Shown here in pieces: positions 52,025 to 60,025 of a stretch of 60,026 nucleotides of DNA; positions within the stretch are counted from its first letter, which is position 1, and every line of letters starts with the position of its first letter. The translations under genes were made by a program, and so were the position numbers. The notes beneath the pieces were generated by a model. That model did not search any database. It was not told where the DNA came from and worked only from the letters and a program-made list of their open reading frames with translations. The DNA is taken from sequence record PV806339.1. One strand, written 5' to 3'. The DNA comes from a phage.

Positions 52025-54610
52025 CTAAACTTCGTCTTCATCGTCAAACGGGTCTGGCTTTTTGCCGACCAGTTTTTCGACTTCTGCGTCATGCCGTTTT
52101 AACGTAGTCTGCACCCACGACGAGTTAAGTTTCCCCGCGTCGTCGAATGCCCCTTTGACCCGCTTCCTGACATAAACGCGGCCAGATTCGCCGCCAAATT
52201 TGACCACGCCGCCCGGCTTGAAGCCCAATTCCATAAGCATGTTTTTCAGGCGGTTCGTCTTCGGCATTTCCACGTCTGTCATTTCGAGGAATGCGTTTTT
52301 CAGGGACGGCACGAAGATGACGTCGCGGTGTACGCCCGGCGTCGTTCCGTCACGAAGCATTTGTGCGATTGCGCCTTCCACGCCATCGTCAGACGCGTCG
52401 GCCATGACCGCGAATGCTTCGGTGTCCTGCGGTGCGTGTCCTTTGGCATCGAAATCCTTTCCGATCTCCCAATCGAGGAACCACTTTTTGATAGCAGGTG
52501 CGTGGTTTTCGATTGCCCGGTACACGTTTTTGAAGAAGCGCGCGCGTTCAGTCTTCGACCCGTAAACCCGCTCCATGTCCAGATGATTTTCTGCCTGCGT
52601 GGACACCACCAGATAACGACGCTGGTTTTCATCGAGTGGCAATGCGTTGAAGTGGTTGGTGAACATCATTTTGCTGCTGGTGTTCACGACTTCCTTCGGC
52701 TTGCGGCCCTTTGGCTCAATCTGGAAGCGATCGTTTGTGATGAATTCCTTCTGGCGTTCCACCGCGCTGTACCGATCGCCTTTGTCGTAGATCTCTTCCA
52801 CGATTTTCAGGATGTGGCCCTCGGCCCAATCGCTGAAACGGCCATTCATCACGGTGTTTGACACATAGCCCACGTTCGACGCGCCGAGCATCCGCGACAT
52901 GATGATGCCGAGCGTCGTTTTACCAGAACCATGCGCACCACGGATCAGAAGCGAGTAGTTGATGCGTTTCGTTGGGTGCTGAATAACCCACGCCATCCAG
53001 TCCAGAACATAGCGGCGTTCCTTCTCGTTCGGGAAAAGCACGATGAAGAAGTCTTTGATGATCTCCAGCGCCTTTTTGTCGTACGGAGAAAGGTCAGTCG
53101 CGGCCTCCGGAATGGATTCAGGGTCAAAAGAGTTCAGCCACGTACGCCCACGGTCGTCAATAAAGAATTCCGGCCCGATCACCCCCTCTTTCGGCTTCCA
53201 CACAGATTCCGGCATGTCACCGTGCATCGCCGGGTAGTACATCGCGTCCCAAACGATAGGAACCGGGCGGACTACCGACGCATAGTGGACAGGCTTGAAG
53301 GCTTCTTCCTCAAACACGCATTTTTTCGCAAAAGCGACGTCGAAAGCGCCTTTTGTGATGTAATCGCCCGTGGTTTTTTCGATAAAACTGTCATTTGCCT
53401 TCGAGAAAACGAAGTTTTTCAGCCACTGCGGAGTCTCTTTTGACCCGTAATCGAAGCCCAAAAGCTCCCTTTTGTCACCAGCAGTGAGGCGGAAGTTGTT
53501 GATCCTGCGGTATGCTTCGGCCGCAATCTGGACGATGGCCTTGCGGGTAAGCCCGAAAATCTGCGCTTTTTTGAATGATTCGGCCCACGCATTCCAGTCA
53601 TTCGCCTCGGTACACTCGGCGAAAGCCTCGCGGTACTCGATGGCGCGTTCTTCCTGCTCGGCTTTCTCGATGTCCTGCACTTCTTTGATGATGGTGCCGA
53701 GCGTGATCAGTCGAGTCGAGTTGTGCGCGAAGCCCTTATCCCACTTGTATTCGAAATCACCTTCGTCGAAGTTGTGTGCCTGCATGGCCCATTCGCGGGC
53801 AATGGCCTTCGCCTCGTCCTGATCGCGGCAGGAAATTTGCAGCGCGGCCAGTACGGTGATGTAGTTCTCGTAATCTTCCGGGTTCGGGTATTTCAGGACG
53901 ATGTCGCGCAGTTCATCGTACGTGCCGTCCCACTTTTTGACGTCAGACAGCGCGGCCCAATCGTCATCGTCTGCCGAACCGATAGACTCATAACCGTTCA
54001 TTGGCCGTTTGACCATTGTCCAGCCCAAGTCCTTCGCGTATCGGTCGAATTCGGCGGCGATCTCGCGAGCGGTATCGAGGCTGATCTCTTCGAGGTCAAG
54101 GTCGGCGGCGTTGTTCAGCGGATTCTCGCCATCAATCCAGTAATAGTCGCGCTTGGTGTCCGGGTGGATACCGTACGCAACGAACTGCTGGCCGTCGGCG
54201 AGGATTTCAACTGCATGGCGCTGGCCGAAGTCGTCTTCCCACACGCCGGATTTCACTTTGGCGAACGGGTTTTCGGTTCGGTACAGGTAGAGTTTCTTCG
54301 GCTCCCGGCCGATACGACATGGCGCTGCACCGACGTTCTCGGCGATCCAGTCTGCCATGTGCGCCACGGCGTCTTCATCGTAAACGTCGATGTCAACCGC
54401 CGGGGTGTATTTGGTCAGAATCCCGATGCCGTTATTCGTATAGCGTTTCGCCCAACGCTGGATCTGCTCCTTATCATTGATTGTTCGTTCCCAATCTTCA
54501 CCGATAGGGCGTTTGCCCGCACCCTTCTTATCGGCGTCCGGGGCGTAGATAGGTACGATGGTGTACCCATTCCCCCAAAGCGTTTCGCCGTACTCTTGCC
54601 AGTAGTTCAT
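52025..54610 (-). CDS. bifunctional primase-polymerase / P-loop helicase (prim-pol plus P4/D5-type NTPase)
   Basis: 861 aa. N-terminal prim-pol-like region (GYTIVPIY...GKRPIGEDW), Walker A GAHGSGKTTLG, Walker B-like ILKIVEE. Ends FDDEDEV. Confidence 0.85.
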   Translation of the reverse strand: MNYWQEYGETLWGNGYTIVPIYAPDADKKGAGKRPIGEDWERTINDKEQIQRWAKRYTNNGIGILTKYTPAVDIDVYDEDAVAHMADWIAENVGAAPCRIGREPKKLYLYRTENPFAKVKSGVWEDDFGQRHAVEILADGQQFVAYGIHPDTKRDYYWIDGENPLNNAADLDLEEISLDTAREIAAEFDRYAKDLGWTMVKRPMNGYESIGSADDDDWAALSDVKKWDGTYDELRDIVLKYPNPEDYENYITVLAALQISCRDQDEAKAIAREWAMQAHNFDEGDFEYKWDKGFAHNSTRLITLGTIIKEVQDIEKAEQEERAIEYREAFAECTEANDWNAWAESFKKAQIFGLTRKAIVQIAAEAYRRINNFRLTAGDKRELLGFDYGSKETPQWLKNFVFSKANDSFIEKTTGDYITKGAFDVAFAKKCVFEEEAFKPVHYASVVRPVPIVWDAMYYPAMHGDMPESVWKPKEGVIGPEFFIDDRGRTWLNSFDPESIPEAATDLSPYDKKALEIIKDFFIVLFPNEKERRYVLDWMAWVIQHPTKRINYSLLIRGAHGSGKTTLGIIMSRMLGASNVGYVSNTVMNGRFSDWAEGHILKIVEEIYDKGDRYSAVERQKEFITNDRFQIEPKGRKPKEVVNTSSKMMFTNHFNALPLDENQRRYLVVSTQAENHLDMERVYGSKTERARFFKNVYRAIENHAPAIKKWFLDWEIGKDFDAKGHAPQDTEAFAVMADASDDGVEGAIAQMLRDGTTPGVHRDVIFVPSLKNAFLEMTDVEMPKTNRLKNMLMELGFKPGGVVKFGGESGRVYVRKRVKGAFDDAGKLNSSWVQTTLKRHDAEVEKLVGKKPDPFDDEDEV

Positions 54611-54888
54611 TCAAGGATTTCCCCTGTTTCGCTGTCCGTTTTGATCCATGAAGGGTTAGTCAGCCAATGCGGACGGATGCCGCAGTGAGGGACAGCTTTG
54701 CAAACTTTTTCGGCCACGCTGCTCGTTACGTTGTTCTGCACGGCCCATAACAATGTCGGGTAACTGATCTTCGCTGCCTTCGCCAGTTCGGCCATTCTGG
54801 CGTTCGGGTCTACCTCCAAAGCCGCTTGCATCATGAGAAATTTGACCCGCATCCGGTCGTCGTTTAAAGCCCAATCTGGAAATCGCAT
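54607..54888 (-). CDS. Cro/YdaS-like HTH protein
   Basis: 93 aa. HTH-like MAELAKAAKISYPTLLWAVQN. GAGGG SD. ATGA-coupled to the primase gene. Confidence 0.65.
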   Translation of the reverse strand: MRFPDWALNDDRMRVKFLMMQAALEVDPNARMAELAKAAKISYPTLLWAVQNNVTSSVAEKVCKAVPHCGIRPHWLTNPSWIKTDSETGEILE

Positions 54889-54930
54889 AGTGATGCCCTC
54901 GCGTAATGTGCGCGTGTTATAGATTTGCGG

Positions 54931-54959
54931 ATATTATATCCGGGCTTGACATCTGTCAA
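54931..54959 (-). promoter_or_regulatory. sigma70-type promoter for the HTH-primase operon
   Basis: Minus strand reads TTGACA-GATGTCAAGCCCGGATA-TAATAT (17-bp spacer). The -35 element is part of the palindrome CTTGACAtcTGTCAAG. Confidence 0.7.
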
Positions 54960-54968
54960 GTTGGCCAG

Positions 54969-55029
54969 TTATTCGGGTACCAAAGGCGCTTTATGTCCGG
55001 AAAACAAAGGGCTTGCGGTACCCGAATAA
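54969..55029. repeat. 13-bp perfect inverted repeat TTATTCGGGTACC (35 nt) GGTACCCGAATAA
   Basis: Arms at 54969-54981 and 55017-55029, between the divergent promoters. Confidence 0.9.
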
Positions 55030-55048
55030 AAAATTTCTAAAAAAGTGT

Positions 55049-55078
55049 TTGACAGTGATTCGGCGTTTGGGCCATACT
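55049..55078 (+). promoter_or_regulatory. sigma70-type promoter for the rightward replication/structural block
   Basis: TTGACA-GTGATTCGGCGTTTGGGC-CATACT (18-bp spacer), 53 nt upstream of the ATG at 55131. Confidence 0.55.
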
Positions 55079-55130
55079 TCATCCCGTCAACACGACACGA
55101 CCTTTTAAACACTTAACGGAGTAGAAAATT

Positions 55131-55547
55131 ATGTCTGGTATCTTCGAACAACTGCTGGCTGAACAACAAAAAACCAACACCCTGCTGGAAGGCGTTCTGG
55201 CAGCACTGAAAGGCGGCGCGGTGAACACTTCCGCTGACGCTGGTAGCGAAACTACTGAAAAAACCACCACCACCAAAGGCGGTGCTAAGGGCGGCGCGAA
55301 AGGCGGTGCAGGTAAAACCGAAACTAAAGCGGTCAAGCCTAAACACACCAAAGACGAAGTAGTCGCGGCTGTCGTTGCGGTTAAAGACGCGTTCGGCGCG
55401 CCGGAAGCCAAGAAAATCACCGCACACTTCGGCCTCGCCAAAGTCGCGGAAGCGAAGGAAGAACACTTCGACGAAATCGTCGAAATGTGTGAAGCCAAAC
55501 TGGCTGAAAAAGATGAAGGCGGTAACGGCGAAGAAGACGACGTTTAA
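55131..55547 (+). CDS. hypothetical protein with a Lys/Gly/Thr-rich low-complexity centre
   Basis: 138 aa. GGAG SD. First gene after the rightward promoter and followed directly by a terminator. Ends GEEDDV. Confidence 0.75.
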   Translation: MSGIFEQLLAEQQKTNTLLEGVLAALKGGAVNTSADAGSETTEKTTTTKGGAKGGAKGGAGKTETKAVKPKHTKDEVVAAVVAVKDAFGAPEAKKITAHFGLAKVAEAKEEHFDEIVEMCEAKLAEKDEGGNGEEDDV

Positions 55548-55562
55548 TCTTTCGCCCCGCAT

Positions 55563-55587
55563 CGGCTCCCTTCGGGGGGCCGTTTTT
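55563..55587 (+). terminator. rho-independent terminator (UUCG loop) after the first rightward gene
   Basis: CGGCTCCC-TTCG-GGGGGCCG followed by TTTTT. Confidence 0.85.
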
Positions 55588-55608
55588 CACACCAACGGAG
55601 AGGCAATT

Positions 55609-55938
55609 GTGACCAGCATTACTTTCACCAACGTAGCAACATCCGGCGGCGCAGTTCTCGCGCGCACTTGGGCGGAGTTTCGTTTTCAAATCGGTGATCG
55701 CGATGTGCTGTTCAGAGTTACTTCACCTGTTTCGAAACACGAAGCGCCGCTGCTCGTAACCCATGCTGCATCGGGCTATCGAGTGTGCGACGTCTGGTGG
55801 GACGACGTGGCGAAGACTCGCTTTAACGCAGGCCGCAATAATTACAGCGGGGCAGGCGCTAGGGCATTGGTAGCGACGATTGAGCGAGTCGGCGAACACC
55901 GATTCCTCAATGCGATAAAGGCGTATCCGAATGAGTAG
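55609..55938 (+). CDS. hypothetical protein
   Basis: 109 aa from the GTG 55609, preceded by GGAGAGG. The longer ORF from 55375 overlaps the upstream gene and the terminator. Confidence 0.6.
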   Translation: MTSITFTNVATSGGAVLARTWAEFRFQIGDRDVLFRVTSPVSKHEAPLLVTHAASGYRVCDVWWDDVAKTRFNAGRNNYSGAGARALVATIERVGEHRFLNAIKAYPNE

Positions 55939-57268
55939 TAAGTCACTGTTAGTCCGCATCATGCGGGAATTCGGCGGTGGCGGCCACTCAATCTTCGCGC
56001 CTTCTGCGTCAGCGCGTTGGATCGCATGTTCTGGAAGCCTGATAGCCGGGCTTTTCGAGCATGACGAAACCATCTACGAGGCGGCGGAAGGCACGGTGGC
56101 CCACGGAATCGCCGAACAATGGCTGCGAACGGATGTCCGGCCAACCCATTTAATCGGTACGGTCGAGACGATCACGGAAGGCGGTGTCAGCCATGACATC
56201 CCCATTACTCGGTCAATGCTCGACTCGGTTCAGGAGTACGTTGACTGGTGCCGATTTGAAGAGGGTGAAATGTTCACGGAAATCCGGGTCTGGTTTACCG
56301 ACCTGATGCCGCGAGCGAACCCGGATGAACCTGACGAAGACCCGATCGAGTTTGTCGCTCAGGGCGGAACGGCGGATAATATCATCATCCGCGACCGAAC
56401 CTTGATCGTGACCGACCTGAAATACGGGACTGGCGTTCAGGTTTTCGCGGAAGGGAACCCGCAGGCGCTACTTTACGCGTACGGTGCGTACCGCGCTTTC
56501 TCGGATGAATACGAGTTTGACCGTATTGTCATCCGGATCGCGCAGCCGAGGCTCGACCATTTCGATACGTGGGAAATCACGATTGACGAATTGTTAGAGT
56601 TCGCGGAGTATGCCCGGGAGCGAATTGCAGCGGCATGGAGCCTTACCGCGCCGCGCCGCGCATCCCTGAAAGGGTGTCGCTTTTGCCGGGCAGCACATAA
56701 CTGCGCAGCGATAGCGTACATGATGGAATGCGCAGTGGGCGGGGACGTGGAATTCCTTGAAGCTGAATTCGGGGAGGAAGAAATGTCAGTATTGCGTGAT
56801 GCGCTGGCGCAGGAATATAAGTTCCGGCGTGCGCAGTTCGGAAACCTGACAACCGAGCAGATGGCGAAGATCCTGCCATACCGCAAGGTGGTCGAAAACT
56901 GGTTCTCGCGCCTTGACTTCGAACTGGAACGCCGCGCAATGAACGGCGAGAAGGTACCGGGTCAAAAGCTGGTGGAGTCGCGGACAAACCGTAAATTCGC
57001 CAACGAGAAAGATGCGATCGCGCTGTTCCGGTTCCTCGATATTGACGAGGACAAGTACATCGAACGCAAACTGCGTACCCCGGCGCAGATGGAAGAAGTG
57101 CTTAGGGATGAATTGGGCGTGTCCCGGGCTGGCGCGCCGAACATCATCGCGGGGATCGTCTACAAGCCGGAAGGCAAGCCGACACTGGCACCGCTGACCG
57201 ATAAGCGGCCACCACTGGACGGCAAGTATTCCGGGGCGTGGGACGACGAAGATGATGACGAAGTGTAA
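55931..57268 (+). CDS. PD-(D/E)xK nuclease, DUF2800 / Cas4-like
   Basis: 445 aa. PSASARWIACSGS and AAEGTVAH at the N-terminus, the VTDLKYGTG catalytic motif, and the Cys cluster CRFCRAAHNCAA. Ends WDDEDDDEV. Confidence 0.85.
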   Translation: MSSKSLLVRIMREFGGGGHSIFAPSASARWIACSGSLIAGLFEHDETIYEAAEGTVAHGIAEQWLRTDVRPTHLIGTVETITEGGVSHDIPITRSMLDSVQEYVDWCRFEEGEMFTEIRVWFTDLMPRANPDEPDEDPIEFVAQGGTADNIIIRDRTLIVTDLKYGTGVQVFAEGNPQALLYAYGAYRAFSDEYEFDRIVIRIAQPRLDHFDTWEITIDELLEFAEYARERIAAAWSLTAPRRASLKGCRFCRAAHNCAAIAYMMECAVGGDVEFLEAEFGEEEMSVLRDALAQEYKFRRAQFGNLTTEQMAKILPYRKVVENWFSRLDFELERRAMNGEKVPGQKLVESRTNRKFANEKDAIALFRFLDIDEDKYIERKLRTPAQMEEVLRDELGVSRAGAPNIIAGIVYKPEGKPTLAPLTDKRPPLDGKYSGAWDDEDDDEV

Positions 57269-57311
57269 ACCCGTAAAACCGTAGAAAGTAAACCCGTAAA
57301 ACAGTAAACCG
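57265..57311 (+). repeat. GTAAACCCGTAAAAC direct repeats in the SSB 5' UTR
   Basis: Copies at 57265-57279 and 57288-57302, plus the partial copy agtaaaccg at 57303-57311. They end 12 nt before the SSB ATG. Confidence 0.9.
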
Positions 57312-57322
57312 AGGATATTAAG

Positions 57323-57919
57323 ATGGCCGAGAAATTAGTCCCTGCGAAAAAAGTCAAGAATGGCGTGCTGTACAAATCTGGTCACATCAAGATTTCTAAC
57401 GTACGTGCTTCTTACCCGCACCTCGATAAGCCGTACGGCGGTGAAGACGGCGGCGAGCCGAAATACTCGCTGACGCTTTTGATGCCGAAAGACAGCCACG
57501 GCGAGATCGAGAAAATCATCCGTGAGCAGATCGAAGTCACCAAGAAGAACCACAAGACAGGCGCGCTGAAAGTCGCCCCGTCCATGTTGTTCATCAAAGA
57601 CGGTGATACCGATTTTCCGGATAAACCGGAATGCGAAGGGATGTGGGTTATCTCCGCACGCGAAAGCAAACGCCCGGATGTGTATAACATCGAGCGCGAA
57701 GAGTTGACTACCTCTTCCGAAATTCTGGAAGAGATCTACGGTGGTTGTTGGGTGTCGGTTGTCATCCGTCCGTGGTCGCAGGAAAACAAATTCGGCAAAC
57801 GCGTTAACGCCAACCTGATTTCCGTTCTGAAACGCAAAGACGACGAGCCGTTCGGTGAAGGTCGTGTGGACACGTCCGACGCGTGGGATGAAGACGAAGA
57901 TTGGGAAGACGAAGTGTAA
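57323..57919 (+). CDS. single-stranded DNA-binding protein, DUF2815 type
   Basis: 198 aa. ISNVRASYPHLDKPYGG...KYSLTLLMPKD matches the DUF2815 pattern. Sits between the DUF2800 gene and polA. Acidic tail ends WEDEV. Confidence 0.8.
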   Translation: MAEKLVPAKKVKNGVLYKSGHIKISNVRASYPHLDKPYGGEDGGEPKYSLTLLMPKDSHGEIEKIIREQIEVTKKNHKTGALKVAPSMLFIKDGDTDFPDKPECEGMWVISARESKRPDVYNIEREELTTSSEILEEIYGGCWVSVVIRPWSQENKFGKRVNANLISVLKRKDDEPFGEGRVDTSDAWDEDEDWEDEV

Positions 57920-57942
57920 TGTACGCCCTCGGGCGGTAATAC

Positions 57943-57968
57943 AAGGCCCGCCGCGTGCGGGCTTTTTT
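57943..57968 (+). terminator. rho-independent terminator after the SSB gene
   Basis: GCCCGC-cgcgt-GCGGGC followed by TTTTTT. Confidence 0.9.
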
Positions 57969-57985
57969 CATACAGGAGCGTTAAC

Positions 57986-60025
57986 GTGACCGATTGCATT
58001 AATCTGGACTATGAATCCCGAAGCCGGGTGAACCTTAAAACGAACGGATTCGACCGATATTCGAACGACGAATCGACTAAAATTCTGATGGGCGCATGGT
58101 CTATCAATGGCGGAGCGGTGCAGCACATCGACCTTCACCGAGGGAAGAAGTTGCCCGGCGAACTGCGTGAAGCGCTGGAAGACCCGGCCGTCGAGAAGTG
58201 GGCCTTTAACGCGCAGTTCGAACGCGTAATGACCCGCCGGGTGCTCGGCATCAAGACGCCGTATAAATCGTGGCGCTGTACGATGGCGCTGGCGTACATG
58301 CTCGGCTTTGCTGGCGACCTTCTGGCCGTCGGCACGCAGATCGGCTTGCCGGAAGAGAAACTGAAAGACCCGGAAGGCAAGCGCCTGATCGACCTGTTCA
58401 GCAAGCCGCAGCGTGTCACGAAGAAAAACCCGTTTGAGTGGCGCAATGAAGCGACCGACCCGGAAGACTGGTGGCACTTCTGCAAATATAACGTGCGGGA
58501 CGTTGAAACCGAACTGGCGATTAAAGCCCGCCTGATGCGGTACCCGGTTCTGGATGCCGAATGGGACATGTACGCGCTGGATCAGTTCATCAACGATACA
58601 GGCGTGATGATTGACCGCGAATTCGCGTACTCGGCGCTGGCGCTCGCAGAGGCGCGCAAACCGCAGATTATCGAAGAAATGGCCGACATCACTGGCCTGA
58701 ACAACCCCAATTCCCCGGCTCAGTTAACACCGTGGCTCAAAGAGCGCGGCTATCCGTTCAGCGACCTTCGCAGTGACACCGTCAACAAGGTCATTCGCGA
58801 AGCCGATGAAAACGGCGTTGACCCGGATGCGATCCGCGTGCTGCGGATGCGCCTGAATAGCGCGAAAAACTCCCTGTCAAAATATCAGACCATGATTGAC
58901 GCGGCTGGCGAAGATGGCCGATTCCGCTTCTCGCTGCAATTCGCCGGGGCAAGCCGCACGAACCGTTGGGCTGGCCGCCGTATTCAGACTCAAAACCTGC
59001 CGAGAACGCCGAAGCTGATCGAGGACGTGACCGACCTGTCCATCGTTAACAAGATGATCCACCAGCGCGACCTTGATGCGTTGACGCTGTATGTGGGCGA
59101 GCCGATGGACGCGCTGGTGGGCTGCATTCGCTCCGCCTTCATCCCGACGCCGGGCCACAAGTTCATCGTTGCCGACCTGTCGTCCATCGAATCCGTGGTC
59201 ATCGGGTGGCTGACAAACTGCAAATGGTTCATGGACACGCTGGCGGCCAAGCACGACCTTTACCGTTCATTCGCGGCTCACTGGCTGCACCTGCCGTACG
59301 AAGAAACGAAGCCACACCGCCCGAAAGCCAAACCTGCTACCCTCGGCGCGGGCTATCGCCTCGGCGGCGGCCACATGGACGAGAATGGCAAGAAGACCGG
59401 ACTGTGGGGCTACGCCGAAAACATGGGCGTACACATGACGCAGAAAGAGGCAGAAGAGTCGGTACAGGCGTTCCGCGACCTTTGCCCGGAAATTGTGCGC
59501 GCATGGTATGACCTCGAAAACGCGGTATTCAAGGTTATCCGTACCCGTCAGGCCGTCGTATGGGGCTGTCTGATCATCGAATACACAAAACCTTTCCTGA
59601 CCATCCGTCTGCCGTCTGGCCGCAAAATGTATTACTTCCGTCCGCGTCTGGTCGAGCGCCAGATGACCGTTCAGAAAGGGCCGAAGAAGGGTGAGAAGTA
59701 CACAAAGACCAACTTCCAGTACGAAGGCAAGGTGGAAGGCAGCGGCACCAAGTGGGGCAAGATTTACAGCCACGGCGGTAAGCTGGTGGAAAACATCGTT
59801 CAGGCGCTGGCGCGCGACGTGCTCGCCGAAGGTCTGAAAAAGGCGCACCGCATGGGCTTCCGGATCGTCATGCACATCCACGATGAAATCGTAACCGAAG
59901 TGCCGGAAGACAGCCCGCTGACCGTGGACGACCTTATTTCCTGCATGGCGGCCGAACTACCGTGGGCCGAAGGGCTACCGCTTGGCGCTGCCGGGTGGGA
60001 AGGCTATTTCTACCGTAAGGATTAA
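57986..60025 (+). CDS. family A DNA polymerase with 3'-5' exonuclease domain
   Basis: 679 aa from a GTG with an AGGAG SD. Exo I motif LDYES, motif A ADLSSIESVV, motif B KPATLGAGYRLGG, motif C HIHDEIV. Confidence 0.9.
   Translation: MTDCINLDYESRSRVNLKTNGFDRYSNDESTKILMGAWSINGGAVQHIDLHRGKKLPGELREALEDPAVEKWAFNAQFERVMTRRVLGIKTPYKSWRCTMALAYMLGFAGDLLAVGTQIGLPEEKLKDPEGKRLIDLFSKPQRVTKKNPFEWRNEATDPEDWWHFCKYNVRDVETELAIKARLMRYPVLDAEWDMYALDQFINDTGVMIDREFAYSALALAEARKPQIIEEMADITGLNNPNSPAQLTPWLKERGYPFSDLRSDTVNKVIREADENGVDPDAIRVLRMRLNSAKNSLSKYQTMIDAAGEDGRFRFSLQFAGASRTNRWAGRRIQTQNLPRTPKLIEDVTDLSIVNKMIHQRDLDALTLYVGEPMDALVGCIRSAFIPTPGHKFIVADLSSIESVVIGWLTNCKWFMDTLAAKHDLYRSFAAHWLHLPYEETKPHRPKAKPATLGAGYRLGGGHMDENGKKTGLWGYAENMGVHMTQKEAEESVQAFRDLCPEIVRAWYDLENAVFKVIRTRQAVVWGCLIIEYTKPFLTIRLPSGRKMYYFRPRLVERQMTVQKGPKKGEKYTKTNFQYEGKVEGSGTKWGKIYSHGGKLVENIVQALARDVLAEGLKKAHRMGFRIVMHIHDEIVTEVPEDSPLTVDDLISCMAAELPWAEGLPLGAAGWEGYFYRKD

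Noticed and set aside
53723-54688. 321-aa plus-strand ORF
   Set aside because: It is antisense to the primase-helicase gene, which has clear Walker and prim-pol motifs. It has no translation signals.
54946-54974. Plus-strand promoter using TTGACA at 54946-54951
   Set aside because: The hexamer 17 bp downstream (TTATTC) matches TATAAT at only one position. The TTGACA is better explained as the second arm of the palindrome that contains the leftward -35 element.
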